A stretch of DNA of 64,000 nt from contig NW_026943818.1 of assembly GCF_035594765.1 (NCBI RefSeq), positions 20,038,724 through 20,102,723 on the forward strand, in the 5' to 3' direction. Both the position numbers and the translations under genes were made by a program. Shown one piece after another: positions 37,158 to 50,161 of the stretch. The stretch's first letter is position 1. Each line of letters begins with the position of its first letter. The notes below the pieces were generated by a model. That model was not told the DNA's origin, did no database searches, and worked only from the letters and a program-made list of their open reading frames with translations. The DNA comes from Anolis carolinensis (lineage: Eukaryota).

Positions 37158-38068
37158 ACTGCCTTGTCTTCAGAGAAGGAAGGAGGAATCAGTCACAAAT
37201 AGCTCTGTGACTATTATGCGAAGAACACAAAAATACCAAAAATACCTATTATGCGAGGAACACAAAAATAACAAATACCTTCTCTTCAGAGAAGGAAGGA
37301 GCAATCAGTCACAAATAGCTCTGCGACTATTATGCAAGGAACATAAAAATACCAAAAATACCTATTATGCGAGGAACACAAAAATAACAAATACCTTCTC
37401 TTCAGAGAAGGAAGGAAGGAAAAATCAGTCATAAATAGCTCTGCGACTATTATGCGAGGAACATAAAAATACCAAAAATACCTATTATGCGAGGAACACA
37501 AAAATACCAAATACCTTCTCTTCAGAGAAGGAAGGAAGCAGGAATCAGTCACAAATAGCTCTGCGACTATTATGCGAAAAACACAAAAATACCAAAAATA
37601 CCTATTGTGTGAGGAACACAAAAATACCATATACCTTCTCTTCAAAGAAGGAGGAATCAGTCATAAATAGCTCTGCGACTATTATGTGAGGAACACAAAA
37701 ATACCAAATACCTTCTCTTCAGAGAAGGAAGGAAGGAGGAATCAGTCACAAATAGCTCTGCGACTATTATGCGAGGAACATAAAAATACCAAAAATACCT
37801 ATTATGCGAGGAACACAAAAATACCAAATACCTTCTCTTTAGAGGAGGAATCAGTCACAAATAGCTCTGCGACTATTATGCGAGGAACACAAAAATACCA
37901 AATACCTTCTCTTTAGAGGAGGAATCAGTCACAAATAGCTCTGCGACTATTATGCGAGGAACATAAAAATACCAAATACCTTCTCTTCAAAGAAGGAAGG
38001 AGGAATCAGTCATAAATAGCGCTGCGACTATTATGCGAGGAACACAAAAATACCAATTTTGCCACCCG
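37158..38068. repeat. Minisatellite (9 units, ~75-120 bp)
   Basis: Repeated gaatcagtcacaaatagctctgcgactattatgcgaggaacacaaaaatacc with variable internal duplication. Confidence 0.9.
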
Positions 38069-38196
38069 AAGTAATGTAGGTGCGACTATTGCAAGGTGGT
38101 AATTGTTATGCAATGAAACATAGGTACCCAGACAGTAAAGATTCCCGCCTCTGTGGTGTGTTATTTTGAAATCTCAGGCTCTCCTCTCCCTCTCAG

Positions 38197-38253
38197 ATGA
38201 TGATGCCCACTCCTATCAAAATGTGACCGGGCCAATAGCAAGCAAAGCATCTG
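38197..38253 (+). CDS. LAT2: LAT2 exon (DDDAHSYQNVTGPIASKAS)
   Basis: DDDA.SYxNV GRB2-type motif; AG and GTgag sites. Confidence 0.88.
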
Positions 38254-38400
38254 GTGAGTCCTCCATAGGGGAACACTTCCATGTGTGTAAAGCCATGACA
38301 ACTGTATTGAAGATCGAAATTGAAATAAATTTTTAAAATTCTGTGTTAGGTGAAAAAATACAGTTAAAATACAATAAATATAATGATTTATTCTCTGCAG

Positions 38401-38469
38401 TCTTGGTCAACGCAGACGTCTATGAGAACAGCACAGTCGTCCAGTTATGGAAACACGCTCAGGCCGCAG
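38401..38469 (+). CDS. LAT2: LAT2 exon (VLVNADVYENSTVVQLWKHAQAA)
   Basis: YxNS...W motif; AG and GTaagt sites. Confidence 0.88.
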
Positions 38470-38718
38470 GTAAGTGTCACTTTGCAAAGCCTGGTGCAAA
38501 AATCAAGAGACTCAAATCTGAAAATGTGCATCTACATTGTAGAATTAATGTAGTTTGACAGCACTGTCACCGCCAGGACTCAGTGCTGTGGGATTCTATT
38601 ACAATCACATTGAGAGTTCTCCTGCGATTATGGTCCTTAGCAGGGAATCATGAAATAACAGTGGCCAAAGCCTTGATTTCCTATGTTCATGAATATTTTT
38701 TCCTCTCTCTCTGCCCAG

Positions 38719-38773
38719 AAAGCTATTCCTCGGACGATGAACCAGAATACATGAACGCGGCCCAAAAACCCAG
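38719..38773 (+). CDS. LAT2: LAT2 exon (ESYSSDDEPEYMNAAQKPR)
   Basis: DEP.YxN motif. The donor GTgtgt is weak, and read-through would stop at 38828. Confidence 0.8.
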
Positions 38774-39129
38774 GTGTGTACACAGACGTATCTTTCTCTT
38801 CTTGTCATTGCGCTATCGTTCATTTTGAATTTATGGCTTTGCCACCATATGAAATCCTTCACTTGGGTGATGTTTGTGGAGGACATTGGCAGGGCTCTTG
38901 GACATGTTCATGGCGCTCGCTATAACCTGTAATGTCATTGGAGGGAGGGCCATTGGTATCTATTGAGCTATAGCTATTTATGGAAGCGGGAGCTTGTCTA
39001 TATAAGTGGACACCCCAGCCACACAGACATAAATATTTTCACTTTTATTATGTGTATAGATAGATATAACACTATGATTTTTGTTCTGATAATATACTAT
39101 GTGTCAGTTGCTTTCTCCTATCTATAAAC

Positions 39130-40885
39130 AAATAGAGTCCTGTGCCCGCATTGCATCACATAATGGTCGCACTTATTACAATATGTAACACTATGATTTT
39201 TGTTCCTGGGGTATTTGCAATAGATCATAACCAAGCTATTCCAAAGGATGCCATGTGCCCGCATTGCATCACATAATGGTCGCACTTATCACATCATCAT
39301 CATCATCATCATCATCATCATTTAATTACTTATTAATCGCCCTCCATCCAAGATGCTCTAGGCGATTTACAAGATAAAAATGTAAAGGATAAAAATACAT
39401 ACACTATGTAACACTATGATTTTTGTTCCTGGGGTATTTGCAATAATTCATAACCAAGCTATTCCAAAGGATGCCATGTGCCCGTATTGCATCACATAAT
39501 GGTCGCACTTATTACACTATGTAACACTATGATTTATTTGCAATAGATCATAACCAAGCTATTCCAAAGGATGCCATGTGCCCGTATTGCATGACATAAT
39601 GGTCGCACTTATTACACTGTGTAACACTATGATTTTTGTTCCTGGGGTATTTGCAATAGATCATAACCAAGCTATTCCAAAAGATGTCATGTGCCCGTAT
39701 TGCATCACATAATGGTCGCACTTATTACACTATGTAACACTATGATTTATTTGCAATAGATCATAACCAAGCTATTCCAAAAGATGTCATGTGCCCGTAT
39801 TGCATCACATAATGGTCGCACTTATTACACTGTGTAACACTATGATTTTTGTTCTTGGGTTATTTGCAATAGTTCATAACCAAGCTATTCCAAAAGATGT
39901 CATGTGCCCGTATTGCATCACATAATGGTCGCACTTATTACACTATGTAACACTATGATTTATTTGCAATAGATCATAACCAAGCTATTCCAAAGGATGC
40001 CATGTGCCCGTATTGCATCACATAATGGTCGTACTTATTACACTATGTAACACTATGATTTATTTGCAATAGATCATAACCAAGCTATTCCAAAGGATGC
40101 CATGTGCCCGTATTGCATCACATAATGGTCGCACTTATTACACTATGTAACACTATGATTTTTGTTCCTGGGTTATTTGCAATAGTTCATAACCAAGCTA
40201 TTCCAAAAGATGTCATGTGCCCATATTGCATCACATAATGGTCATACTTATTACACTATGTAACACTATGATTTTTGTTCCTGGGTTATTTGCAATATAT
40301 CATAACCAAGCTATTCCAAAGGATGCCATGTGCCCCTATTGCACCACATAATGGTCGCACTTATTACACTATGTAAGACTATGATTTTTGTTCCTGGGTT
40401 ATTTGCAATAGTTCATAACCAAGCTATTCCAAAGGATGCCATGTGATCATATTGCATCACATAATGGTCGTACTTATTACACTATGTAACACTATGATTT
40501 ATTTGCAATAGATCATAACCAAGCTATTCCAAAGGATGCCATGTGCCCGTATTGCATCACATAATGGTCACACTTATTACACTATGTAACACTATGATTT
40601 TTGTTCCTGGGTTATTTGCAATAGTTCATAACCAAGCTATTCCAAAGGATTCCATGTGCCCGCATTGCATCACATAATGGTCGCACTTATTACACTATGT
40701 AACACTATGATTTTTGTTCCTGGGGTATTTGCAATAGATCATAACCAAGTTATTCCAAAGGATGCCATGTGCCCGTATTGCATCACATAATGGTCGCACT
40801 TATTGGACTATGTAACACTATGATTTTTGTTCCTGGGTTATTTGCAATAGATCAATACCAAGGTATTCAAAAGGGTGCCATGTGT
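39130..40885. repeat. Minisatellite (100/113-bp units, ~15-16 copies)
   Basis: Repeated acactatgtaacactatgattt...accaagctattccaaaggatgccatgtgcccgtattgcatcacataatggtcgcactt. Confidence 0.93.
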
Positions 40886-40990
40886 AACTCGGGGCAAATT
40901 AGGCACAGAGTCTGTTAGTTGTTTTCTGGAGTTTTACTGACGTGTGACTGTAAAAATGCCTAGTCTCCTCTCTTTAATGTTCCCCTTTAG

Positions 40991-41003
40991 GTTTCCTGCC
41001 TGA
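40991..41003 (+). CDS. LAT2: Probable LAT2 terminal coding bases (FPA*) and start of the 3'UTR exon
   Basis: Strong polypyrimidine tract plus AG at 40990, phase-compatible, TGA at 41001. Confidence 0.55.
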
Positions 41004-41654
41004 AGAACCCTCCTTTGTAGGATCCCGGCTCTTCCATGTTTGACATCAAGCTTCCGGCAAAATACAGACAATTGCAACTGGCTACAAAATGGGCAGCAGG
41101 AAAGTTTTTATGCCCCGCGTTTCTGTTTCTCCAAATTCCGCACCTCACCATGTTAAGCGTATTTCTTTTTGGGTCAGGCTGAGCCACAGCAAAGTTGATA
41201 AACTACATCGTGTACCTTAAGCAGTTCTATATATCCTGTATTTCATCCACCGCTGCGAAATAATCACGGCCCTCATTTTTTGGGTGGCAAAATTGGTATT
41301 TTTTGTGTTCCTCGCATAATAGTCGCAGAGTTGTTTTGGGACTGATTCTCCTTCCTTCCCTGAAGTCAAGGCAGTTGGGTACCCGCCGTTGCCCGGGTTA
41401 TGTGAAAAAGTTATTTTTAAAAACTGTACACAATGCGTAAGGTTGTGGGTGAACTATAACTGACATCATGCCAGGTTAACCCGGAGAAACTCCATCAGTA
41501 CTTGATGTTGGACAAATTTGCTCTGGATGCCTCTCCCTTAACCCTTTGCTATTCTTTTCTGTGGCACACAACAAACAGAGGAATTGATCAGCAACTGAAC
41601 ATACTGGAGAGGTTTGGGGACAATGGACCAATGGCCTATAATGCTGGCATATGA

Positions 41655-41690
41655 AATAAAGTATTAGCCTTATTTGTATCACACTTTATT
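41655..41690. terminator. Convergent poly(A) signals: LAT2 AATAAA (+, 41655-41660) and RFC2 AATAAA (-, 41685-41690)
   Basis: Each hexamer is the first AATAAA I found downstream of the respective stop codon. Confidence 0.6.
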
Positions 41691-41835
41691 TTTGGGGGGG
41701 GGGGAGGGATTATAAAATCTACCGATGCGGCAGAACGTGAGACAGGTTCCGGCAGCCGTCTCGCCCACCCAAAGCATATCCCGGGAGTTGGATCCCACAG
41801 CATCCCTTCCCACACCCGGGGCAGCCTTCTGCCGC

Positions 41836-41946
41836 TCAGCTTGCACTTGGGGCTGCAGTCTTTTGGCAGAGCCGGGCAAGGAGTCCCGCCATTTGCAGGA
41901 GCGAATTCACCCCTTCTGCAATCTTCATGTGAGTGTAGCCAATCTC
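41836..41946 (-). CDS. RFC2: RFC2 exon 11 ([36 protein letters not shown])
   Basis: Conserved C-terminus and TGA. The 11 exons sum to 1020 nt (339 aa). Confidence 0.96.
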   Translation of the reverse strand, partial: EIGYTHMKIAEGVNSLLQMAGLLARLCQKTAAPSAS

Positions 41947-42516
41947 CTAGCCAAACACATAGCAGAAGAAGAAAAAGACGGGATCAGGAGGTGCGGAACC
42001 GCAGGCCCAAGATGTCAAGGCCCCAATCTCAGAGCCACAAGGGTTGCTGAATTGCAAATCCCATTATCCCCAGATAACCAAAAGTGATGGGAATTGTCAT
42101 TAATTCAATAACATCTGGGGACCCAAACTGGGTTGAAACTAAAGAGTGAAAAAATTAGTTGGCCCTCTCTCTGTCTCCAATGGCTCTTTGAAGCCATTGA
42201 ATGTTTGCAAAAGCTTTTTCGCCATCCAAACTGTCGAAATAATACTTCTAAAGCATAGCTGTGGATAGTAAGAGTATTGGCTCAAATATCTCTCGATTAT
42301 TTTAGTTCTATTCTATTGCCTCTCAGTGTTGCCAGTCTCTGCAATCCACCCTCCCCTTTTACTCTTGCAGAAGGTTTTCTATTTTTTCTTATGTCAAGAT
42401 ACAAAACTCCAATACATTTGAGGTTCACAAGACTTCCGTGTGTCAAGTAAATTTGCTCATTTAGGTGGCAAACCCCAATGTCATTTCTGACCCCCTTCCC
42501 CCTTATTAACACCAAC

Positions 42517-42630
42517 CTTAATGAATTCCAGCTTCAGATACTCAGCCATCTGGAAGGTTTTGCACACCCTGAAAATGTTGCCAATGATGTCTTCGGGGGA
42601 GTAGCCCAGCTTCCATAAATGGGCCAGGAT
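42517..42630 (-). CDS. RFC2: RFC2 exon 10 ([38 protein letters not shown])
   Basis: Conserved peptide, AG/GT boundaries. Confidence 0.96.
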
Positions 42631-44010
42631 CTGGAGAAAGCAAGGATACAAATCCATTGTCAGCTGAAGTTTTGGATGTTACAATTATTAGAAAAACACA
42701 TGGCTCTCTGGATGTATGTGGATTACGTCTCCCATCATTCTTCCTCAATCCCTACTGAAAGCTTGCCAATATTTTAAGATGGTCATGATGTGTTCAGTAA
42801 ACCAAGTTTGGTCCAAATCCATCGCTGGTGGTTGCGTCCTGCTGGCAAAGCTTGTGCTCTGCTGCTCCAAAGGCTAGGACACAATGGAGTCATGGGTTCA
42901 AATTGCAGGAAAAGATTCCACGTAAACATTAGGAAAGACTTCCTGGTGGTTACAGCTTCCCTTTGATATCTCCTTCTCTGGAGCATTTTAGGCAGCAGCT
43001 GGATGACTATCAGTCAGGAGGGTTTTGGCTGGGTATTCCTACCATGCAGAAATGGGGTTGGACTGGATGGCCTTTGGGGTCTCTTCCAAGTCTAGGATTC
43101 AGAGGCTGGACGGCTATCTATTAGGAGGGCTTTGTGTATTCCTGCCTTGCAGAAACGGGGTTGGACTGGATGGCCTTTCTTTCTTAAAGAAAGTAGTGGT
43201 CAACATACCATGACCATGAAAAATAAAAATAGTAAAAATAAATAATAATAATAATAAAATCACACAGTCTAAAAACTCTAGTCAAAGATGAAGAAAAATG
43301 AGAGAAAGATTCCCTAACTGCTGCGATAGCGGCGGACTAAAGGAACTAAGGCTGTAGCCCCTCCCACTGGTTATATACTCTATGGGGAGAGTGGGCGGGG
43401 CTAATGCCAATATTATAATAATAATGAATAATAATAAAACTTTATTTATATACCGCCCTATCTCCCGGATGGGACTCAGGGCGGTTTCCAATCATAAAAA
43501 CAACACAAACATTACATAGCAACATAATAACACATTAAGCAAAGTAAAATAATACAATTATAGCAATAAATAACATTTACATGACCTGATCAAGGGGACG
43601 GGAACCATAAACCCAATATATTAAAATGTATCATTTTAGGCTAGAGAAAACTTTTGCAATATATTCAGGCCTAGAAATCGGCGGTATTCTAATGTAATTA
43701 CTCAAAAACCTGCCGCATTGTACCTAAGAGCTTTCTAGAAGATTCCAAAACTGACTGCGCAGGTGCATGAAATACCATATGTGCGTATTTCACAGTTGAC
43801 CACAATGGAGAAGCAAGAGGAAGACTAAGGGTTCATCTACATTGTGGGATCAACACAGTTTGACGCCACTTTAACTGTTGCAGCCCAATGCTATGGAATC
43901 GGGAGCCATCGGGAAGAACTGCACACAAGCAGGCATGTTTATGAGTCCTAAAGCACAACCCAAAAAACAAATGTAGACAAAGGGGGCGAGCATTCCCTTT
44001 GCACACTCAC

Positions 44011-44091
44011 TTTGTACGCTTCGTCGATATTTGCACTGACGCAGTGCCCAAGCATCTCCTTCACCAGCAACGGATGGGGCTCATCACACAC
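44011..44091 (-). CDS. RFC2: RFC2 exon 9 ([27 protein letters not shown])
   Basis: Conserved peptide, AG/GT boundaries. Confidence 0.96.
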
Positions 44092-44326
44092 CTGCAGCAA
44101 AAGACAGAGCCTGATGACTATTATTTGTAAGCCGCCCTGAGTCCCCTTTGGAGAAGGGCGGGATATAAATGTAGTAAATAAATAAATAATATTCAATAAT
44201 CAATATAGTAATATTACATGTAATATATAATTAATAGTATTATATTGTATTAATTAGTATTATATCTTATTACAATATAATATTATCAATATCATGTGTA
44301 TATACAATATATTATGTTATTATAGC

Positions 44327-44817
44327 TAAAGGTTTTCCCCTGACATTAAATCCAGTCGTGTCCGACTCTGGAGGTTAGTGCTCATTTCCATTTCTAAGCT
44401 GAAGAGCCAGCGTTGTCCGTAGACACCTCCAAGGTCATGTGGCCACTGGCATGACAGCATGGCCAGAGCGGTACCTATTGATCTACTCACATTGCATGTT
44501 TTCGAACTGCTAGGTTGGCAGAAGCTGGGGCTAACAGCTGGCGCTCACTCCGCTCCCCAGATTCGAACCTGCGACCTTTCGGTCCTTTCGGACTTGATAT
44601 TTTTTCTGCACCTTGGCCCAGATCTTTTGATCCAATTCATGATTTTAATATTATTCTGTGTATCAACTTTTTATGACTGTTTTTCTTATGCTGATGTTTT
44701 TATGGTTGCTGATTTGTCTATTGTTTTTGTTTTGATTTTGTACTGTTGCGTTGGGCAAAGCCCCATGTAAGCCGCCCCAAGTCCTTTCGGGGAAATGGGG
44801 TGGGGTATAAGAATGAA

Positions 44818-44872
<55 letters not shown>

Positions 44873-44909
44873 GTTCAGCAGCTCAACACGCTGTGCCACT
44901 GGGGGCTCC
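44327..44909 (-). mobile_element. Sauria-SINE-type element interrupted by an L2-tail insertion; further copies at 50450-50663 and 62038-62368 (-), tail fragment at ~48205-48318 (+)
   Basis: Characteristic ...gactggacttaatgtcaggggaaaaccttta(ccttt) tail and tRNA-like head. Confidence 0.8.
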
Positions 44910-45119
44910 ATAGTCATAGACCCAGTCTAATGTTCCCTCTGCATGCCGATCCAAAGAAGGAGGATGCTATTATCTCCAGTAAGCGAGAAAGGATGATATA
45001 CTTTAATTTTGCTAACTTCCCCAGCCTTCTGGAAGCTGCTGCCGGAGCCAAAACGGGCAGATTCTGCACACAGCGTCCCCCTAAACTTTGGTTCCCAGAA
45101 AAAGAAAGACTCGGCTCAC

Positions 45120-45185
45120 CTTGAAGACGTTCTCACTGTTTACAAATCCAAAGCCGGAATGGGTGGACTGCAAGTTGTTCAACGC
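45120..45185 (-). CDS. RFC2: RFC2 exon 8 ([22 protein letters not shown])
   Basis: Conserved peptide, AG/GT boundaries. Confidence 0.96.
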
Positions 45186-45623
45186 CTGTTGAAAGGAGGA
45201 GGTTGTTTTCAAAACATTAACCTTTTCCCATCGTTGCTTTGCCACAATGATTCCCCAAATGTTGAATTGGTGTGTGTTTGTGTGTTATTTCTCTCACTTC
45301 CTGTTGTCTCTTGGTTGCAAGTCAGATGTTTTTTGTAAAGGTGCTGTACTTCTTTCAATTTACATACAAATTCAGCTTATGAACTAATAATGATAATAAT
45401 ATTATTATAATGTAATACAATATTATACTAATTAATAATACAATATAATATTAATTATATATTATATATTAAATGTAATATTACTAATAATATTACCATA
45501 AAATTATATAGTACAGTATAGTAATTTAATACTTATATTGTGCTATGCTAATAATATATTGTATGTACATTTGATTTGTAAGCCCTCTGAGTCCCCTTCG
45601 GGGTGAGAACAGCAGGATATAAA

Positions 45624-46156
45624 TCTATATATATAAAAGAGTGATGGCATCAGGGCAGCGGACAAAACAACAAAACTACAGGCCCCCCAACCTTGAAATT
45701 TGACAACAAAACCCATCATTCACGGCTCTAGGTTGATACAACAAAAAGAAAAGAAAAATAAAGTCCTAATTACAGGGAGAGGAATAATAGTTTTTATCCA
45801 ATTGCTGCCAGTTTGAAGGCTAAACTCCGCCCACTTGGTCTCCTAGCAACCTACTCAGTCCAGGGGACAGGCACAGTTAGGCCTCACTTAGGCCTCTTCC
45901 ACAGATTATCATATTTTAACTGGATTATATGGCAGTGTAGACTCTATATACACATCTATATAACCCATTTAGAATTTTATATTATCTGCTTTGAACTGGA
46001 TTATCTTGACTCCACACTGCCATATAATCCACTTCAGTGTGCATACTAAACATAAAGACAACCATACAACAGACATTCAATACCACTACTACCTCAACAA
46101 TTTCTCACCAACACCAGTAGACAATGCCACAGCAACGCGAGGCCGGGCACAGCTAG
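45624..46156 (+). mobile_element. Non-autonomous Helitron
   Basis: TC...CTAG termini. Removing it restores ggatataaa|tgtagtaaat of the host repeat. Confidence 0.82.
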
Positions 46157-47692
46157 TGTAGTAAATAAATAAATAAATAAAATAAACCTACAAAACCTAT
46201 CTTGCTTGTAACCGGGGGACTACCTGTAGTGTTCTACAATGCATACGTATCGCCATCCGATGCCACTTTAACTGTCATGGCTCCATCCTAGAGAATCATG
46301 GGATTTCTAGTTGTGGGAAAGTCTGAGAATTAATAGGCTACCCCCTTGGACTCTGGCATGAGAACTCTCTAAGGAGAGGATTCCAATACGAACTCCGATA
46401 TTCCACAAAATTGGAGTGTCAATTAAAAGCGTATCAAAGTGTTATCGCTGCCCAGTGTGGATACATCTTGGATATATCATGTGGCCTCTGGACCAAACAT
46501 TAGCATCCAAAAATATGCCTCTGCTTCAGAAACATTTAAGAAAGAGAATACTGAAGCTGACATTTCCAGCGTGGTGACTTTCTTGTCAAGCCCTGACCAC
46601 AACAACAGCACTTGCCGTCGACAGCGAAGACCACAAGCAGAACGTACACATCCTCTGGTTAGGGACAATGCCGACAACGGGGTCTTGGAAGTGAGGCCTG
46701 CAAAACCTCACCTTGCATGACAAGAAGCCAGAATCCCCCACTTTGTCCTGGGCAGGTTTGTGATGAGTGGATGGATGGATGAATGAAATTGTATGATTGG
46801 GTTCTGGCTACAGGCCTATTAAGGCCAGGCAAGACTAAAGATACCATCCTGATCTTATCTTGATTGTAACCAGGCCTTAGTATTTTCTGCAGAATTAAAC
46901 TATGGTGTTTTAATCTCAATTCCTAGTCTTTAACTGGGAAATAAAAAGAACTAGGAATGCAAGGCAGCACTGTGCATCGACAAAATTAAATCCAATGGCA
47001 TTCTGGAGGAGGGGAATTCATTAATTGTGGCATGAAAAGTGCTGATGAAGGAAAACTCCTGAACTTTTTATTTATTTGCGACATTTATATCTTGCCTTTC
47101 TCAGGGCAGCTTACAAGTTTATTTATTTTAACATTTATATCCCGCTCTTCCCACCCCGGAAGGGACTCAGAGCGGCTTACAAATCAAATGTACATACAAT
47201 ATATTATTAGCATAGCACAATATAAGCATTAAATTACTATATTGTACTTTTTTTCGTGTCAGGAGCAACCGGAGTTGCTTCTGGAATGAGAGAATTGGCC
47301 ATCTACAAGGATATTGCCCAGGGGACATTGCCCGGATGTTTTGATGTTTTTACCATCCTTGTGGGAGGCTTCTCTCATGTCCCCGCATGGAGCTGGAGCT
47401 GATAGAGGGAGCTCATCCACGCTTTCCCCGGGTGGGATTCGAACCTGGAAGCCTTCAGGTCAGCAATCCAACCTTCAAGTCACAAGGCTTTTATCCCCTA
47501 GGCCACCGGAGGCTCCACTGTACTATATCATTATATGGTAATATTATTAGTAATATTACGTTTAATATATAATATATAATTAATATTATTATATTGTATT
47601 ATTATTAGTATAATGTATTACATTATAATATTATTATCAATATTATAAGTATATACAATATATTATATATTAAGTTATATGAACATACAATA

Positions 47693-48159
47693 TCTATATA
47701 TATATAAAAGAGTGATGGCATCAAGGCGACTCACAAAACAACAAAACTACAGGCCCCCCAACCTCGAAATTTGACAACGCAACCCATCATCCACGCCTCT
47801 ACGTTGATACAACAAAAAAGAAAAGAAAAATAAAGTCCTAATTAGAGAGAGAGGAATAATTGCTTTTATCCAATTGCTGCCAGTTAGAAGGCTAAGCAAC
47901 TTGGTCTCCTAGCAACCCAATAAAAAATAATAAAAAACACTAAAAATAATTAAAAACACTAAAAAATTAATACAATAAAATACTATAATAACAGAAAATA
48001 ACTAAAAATAGTAGAAGAAAATAATAAAATATAATAAAAAGATAACTTACAATAAAATTAATTAAAAAATACAAATAACGTCAAATAAAAATAACACAAC
48101 CATTTTTAACAAATACCATCACCACTTTGCCACAGCAATGCGTGGCCGCGCACAGCTAG
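47693..48159 (+). mobile_element. Non-autonomous Helitron
   Basis: Same termini, inserted between A and T. Confidence 0.78.
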
Positions 48160-48823
48160 TATTATCTATTAAGTTATATGTACATACAATATATTATATT
48201 ATTAACATGACCTTGGAGGTGTCTACGGACAACGCCAGCTCTTCGGCTTAGAAATGGAGATGAGCACCAACCCCCAGAGTCTGACATGACTGGACTTAAC
48301 GTCAGAGAAAAACCTTTATTGCAATATAGTGGTATAGTACAATATAGTAATATATAATGCTTATATTGTGCTATACAAATACAGTAGAGTCTCACTTATC
48401 CAACACTCACTTATCCAATGTTCTGGATTATCCATTACATTTTTGTAGTCAATGTTTTCAATATATCATGATATTTTGGTGCTAAATTCGTAAATACAGT
48501 AATTACTACATAGCACTACTGCGCATTGAACTACTTTTTCTACCAAATTTGTTGTATAACATGATGTTTTGATGCTTAATTTGTAAAATCATAACCTATT
48601 TTGATGTTTAATAGGCTTTTTCTTAATGCCTCCTTATTATCCAACATATTCACTTATCCAACATTCTGCCGGCCTGTTTATGTTGGATAAGTGAGACTCT
48701 ACTGTAATATATTTTTATGTACATATAACTTGTAAGCCTCCCTGAGTCCTGTTTGAGGTGAGAAGGGCGGGATATAAATGTTGCTAATAATAATAATAAT
48801 AATTATTATTATTATTATTATTA

Positions 48824-49192
48824 TTTGGATCATTGATGTTGCCATCCCAGGTGACAGTCGCATTGACGAAAAACAACAGGAAAAACTCAGCCGCTATCAG
48901 GACCTCAAGATTGAACTGCAAAGACTCTGGCAGGAACCAGTGCAGGTGGTCCCGGTGGTGATGGGCACACTGGGTGCCGTGCCGAAAGATCTCAGCCGGC
49001 ATTTGGAAACAATAGGCATTGACAAAATTACGATCTGCCGACTGCAAAAAGCCACCCTGCTGGGATCTGCACGCATCATCCTAAAATACATCACACAGTC
49101 CTAGACACTTGGGAAGTGTTCGACTTGTGATTTTGTGAAACGAAACCCAGCATATCTATCTTGTTTGCTGTGTCATACAACGTCGTTGTGTC

Positions 49193-49246
<54 letters not shown>

Positions 49247-49448
49247 GATCTCAGCCGGCATTTGGAAACAATAGACATTGACAAAATTACGATCTGCCAA
49301 CTGCAAAAGGCCACCCTGCTGGGATCTGCACGCATCATCCGAAAATACATCACACAGTCCTAGACACTTGGGAAGTGTTCGACTTGTGGTTTTGTGAAAC
49401 GAAATCCAGCATGACTATCTTGTTTGCTGTGTCATACAACGTCGTTGT

Positions 49449-49451
<3 letters not shown>
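48824..49451 (+). mobile_element. Two head-to-tail 5'-truncated R4/Dong copies (48824-49192 and 49244-49451) separated by (TAA)n
   Basis: WIIDVAIPGDSR...KATLLGSARI matches the 3' end of 7580-9370. Confidence 0.88.
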
Positions 49452-49488
<37 letters not shown>

Positions 49489-49663
49489 TATGTGAATGTT
49501 CCCCTTTTTGTCTGTGTAATCAATATAGCTATTATAAAGCCCAGTACTAAAGTCTGTGTATCTGCTTCTTTCTCTGAAAGTGCCCAATGCAATCTGTCCC
49601 ACTCAAAACGGATTAAATAACATTTTTTAAAATTCATGACAGATTTGAAGATCGGGGACCCAC

Positions 49664-49821
49664 CTGCCTCATGTCCCCTTGGGCGGTGAAGATGATGGCT
49701 TCCAGGCCGTCATCAGTGTACTGCACGTTCTCCTTCTCGACGATTTTCATGAGCCTCGCCAGCACCTGGCCGTCCGTCAACTTGGAGTAGCGGAGCACGG
49801 CACAACGGGACTGGATGGGCT
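49664..49821 (-). CDS. RFC2: RFC2 exon 7 ([11 protein letters not shown]...AQGDMRQ)
   Basis: SRC arginine-finger motif and GDMR sensor 2. Confidence 0.96.
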
Positions 49822-50127
49822 CTAAAGGGAAGGAAGGACATTGGAAGTCCCTCTGAACAAGCCAGGACCTTGCTCATGAGGGGCCCAACTGCCTACCAGA
49901 CTGGCTGCAGATCCCCAGCATTTCCTTGGCTTTTAATTATTCTGAAGGTTTATGAGGTCCGTGTTTTGGGGGAAAGACAGAGTGTAAATCTCATATATAT
50001 ATATGTGTGTGTGTGTGTCAAAAATATGTCTATTTGTCTGTCTCTCAAAGGCTGTCGCAAGATGAAGTGACCCACCCACACACACATACACTTTTGCCTT
50101 TGATATAGTGTTCCCTCTATGATAATC

Positions 50128-50161
<34 letters not shown>

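Noticed and set aside
37078-37916. Repetitive-peptide ORFs
   Set aside because: They are translations of the minisatellite and Penelope sequence.
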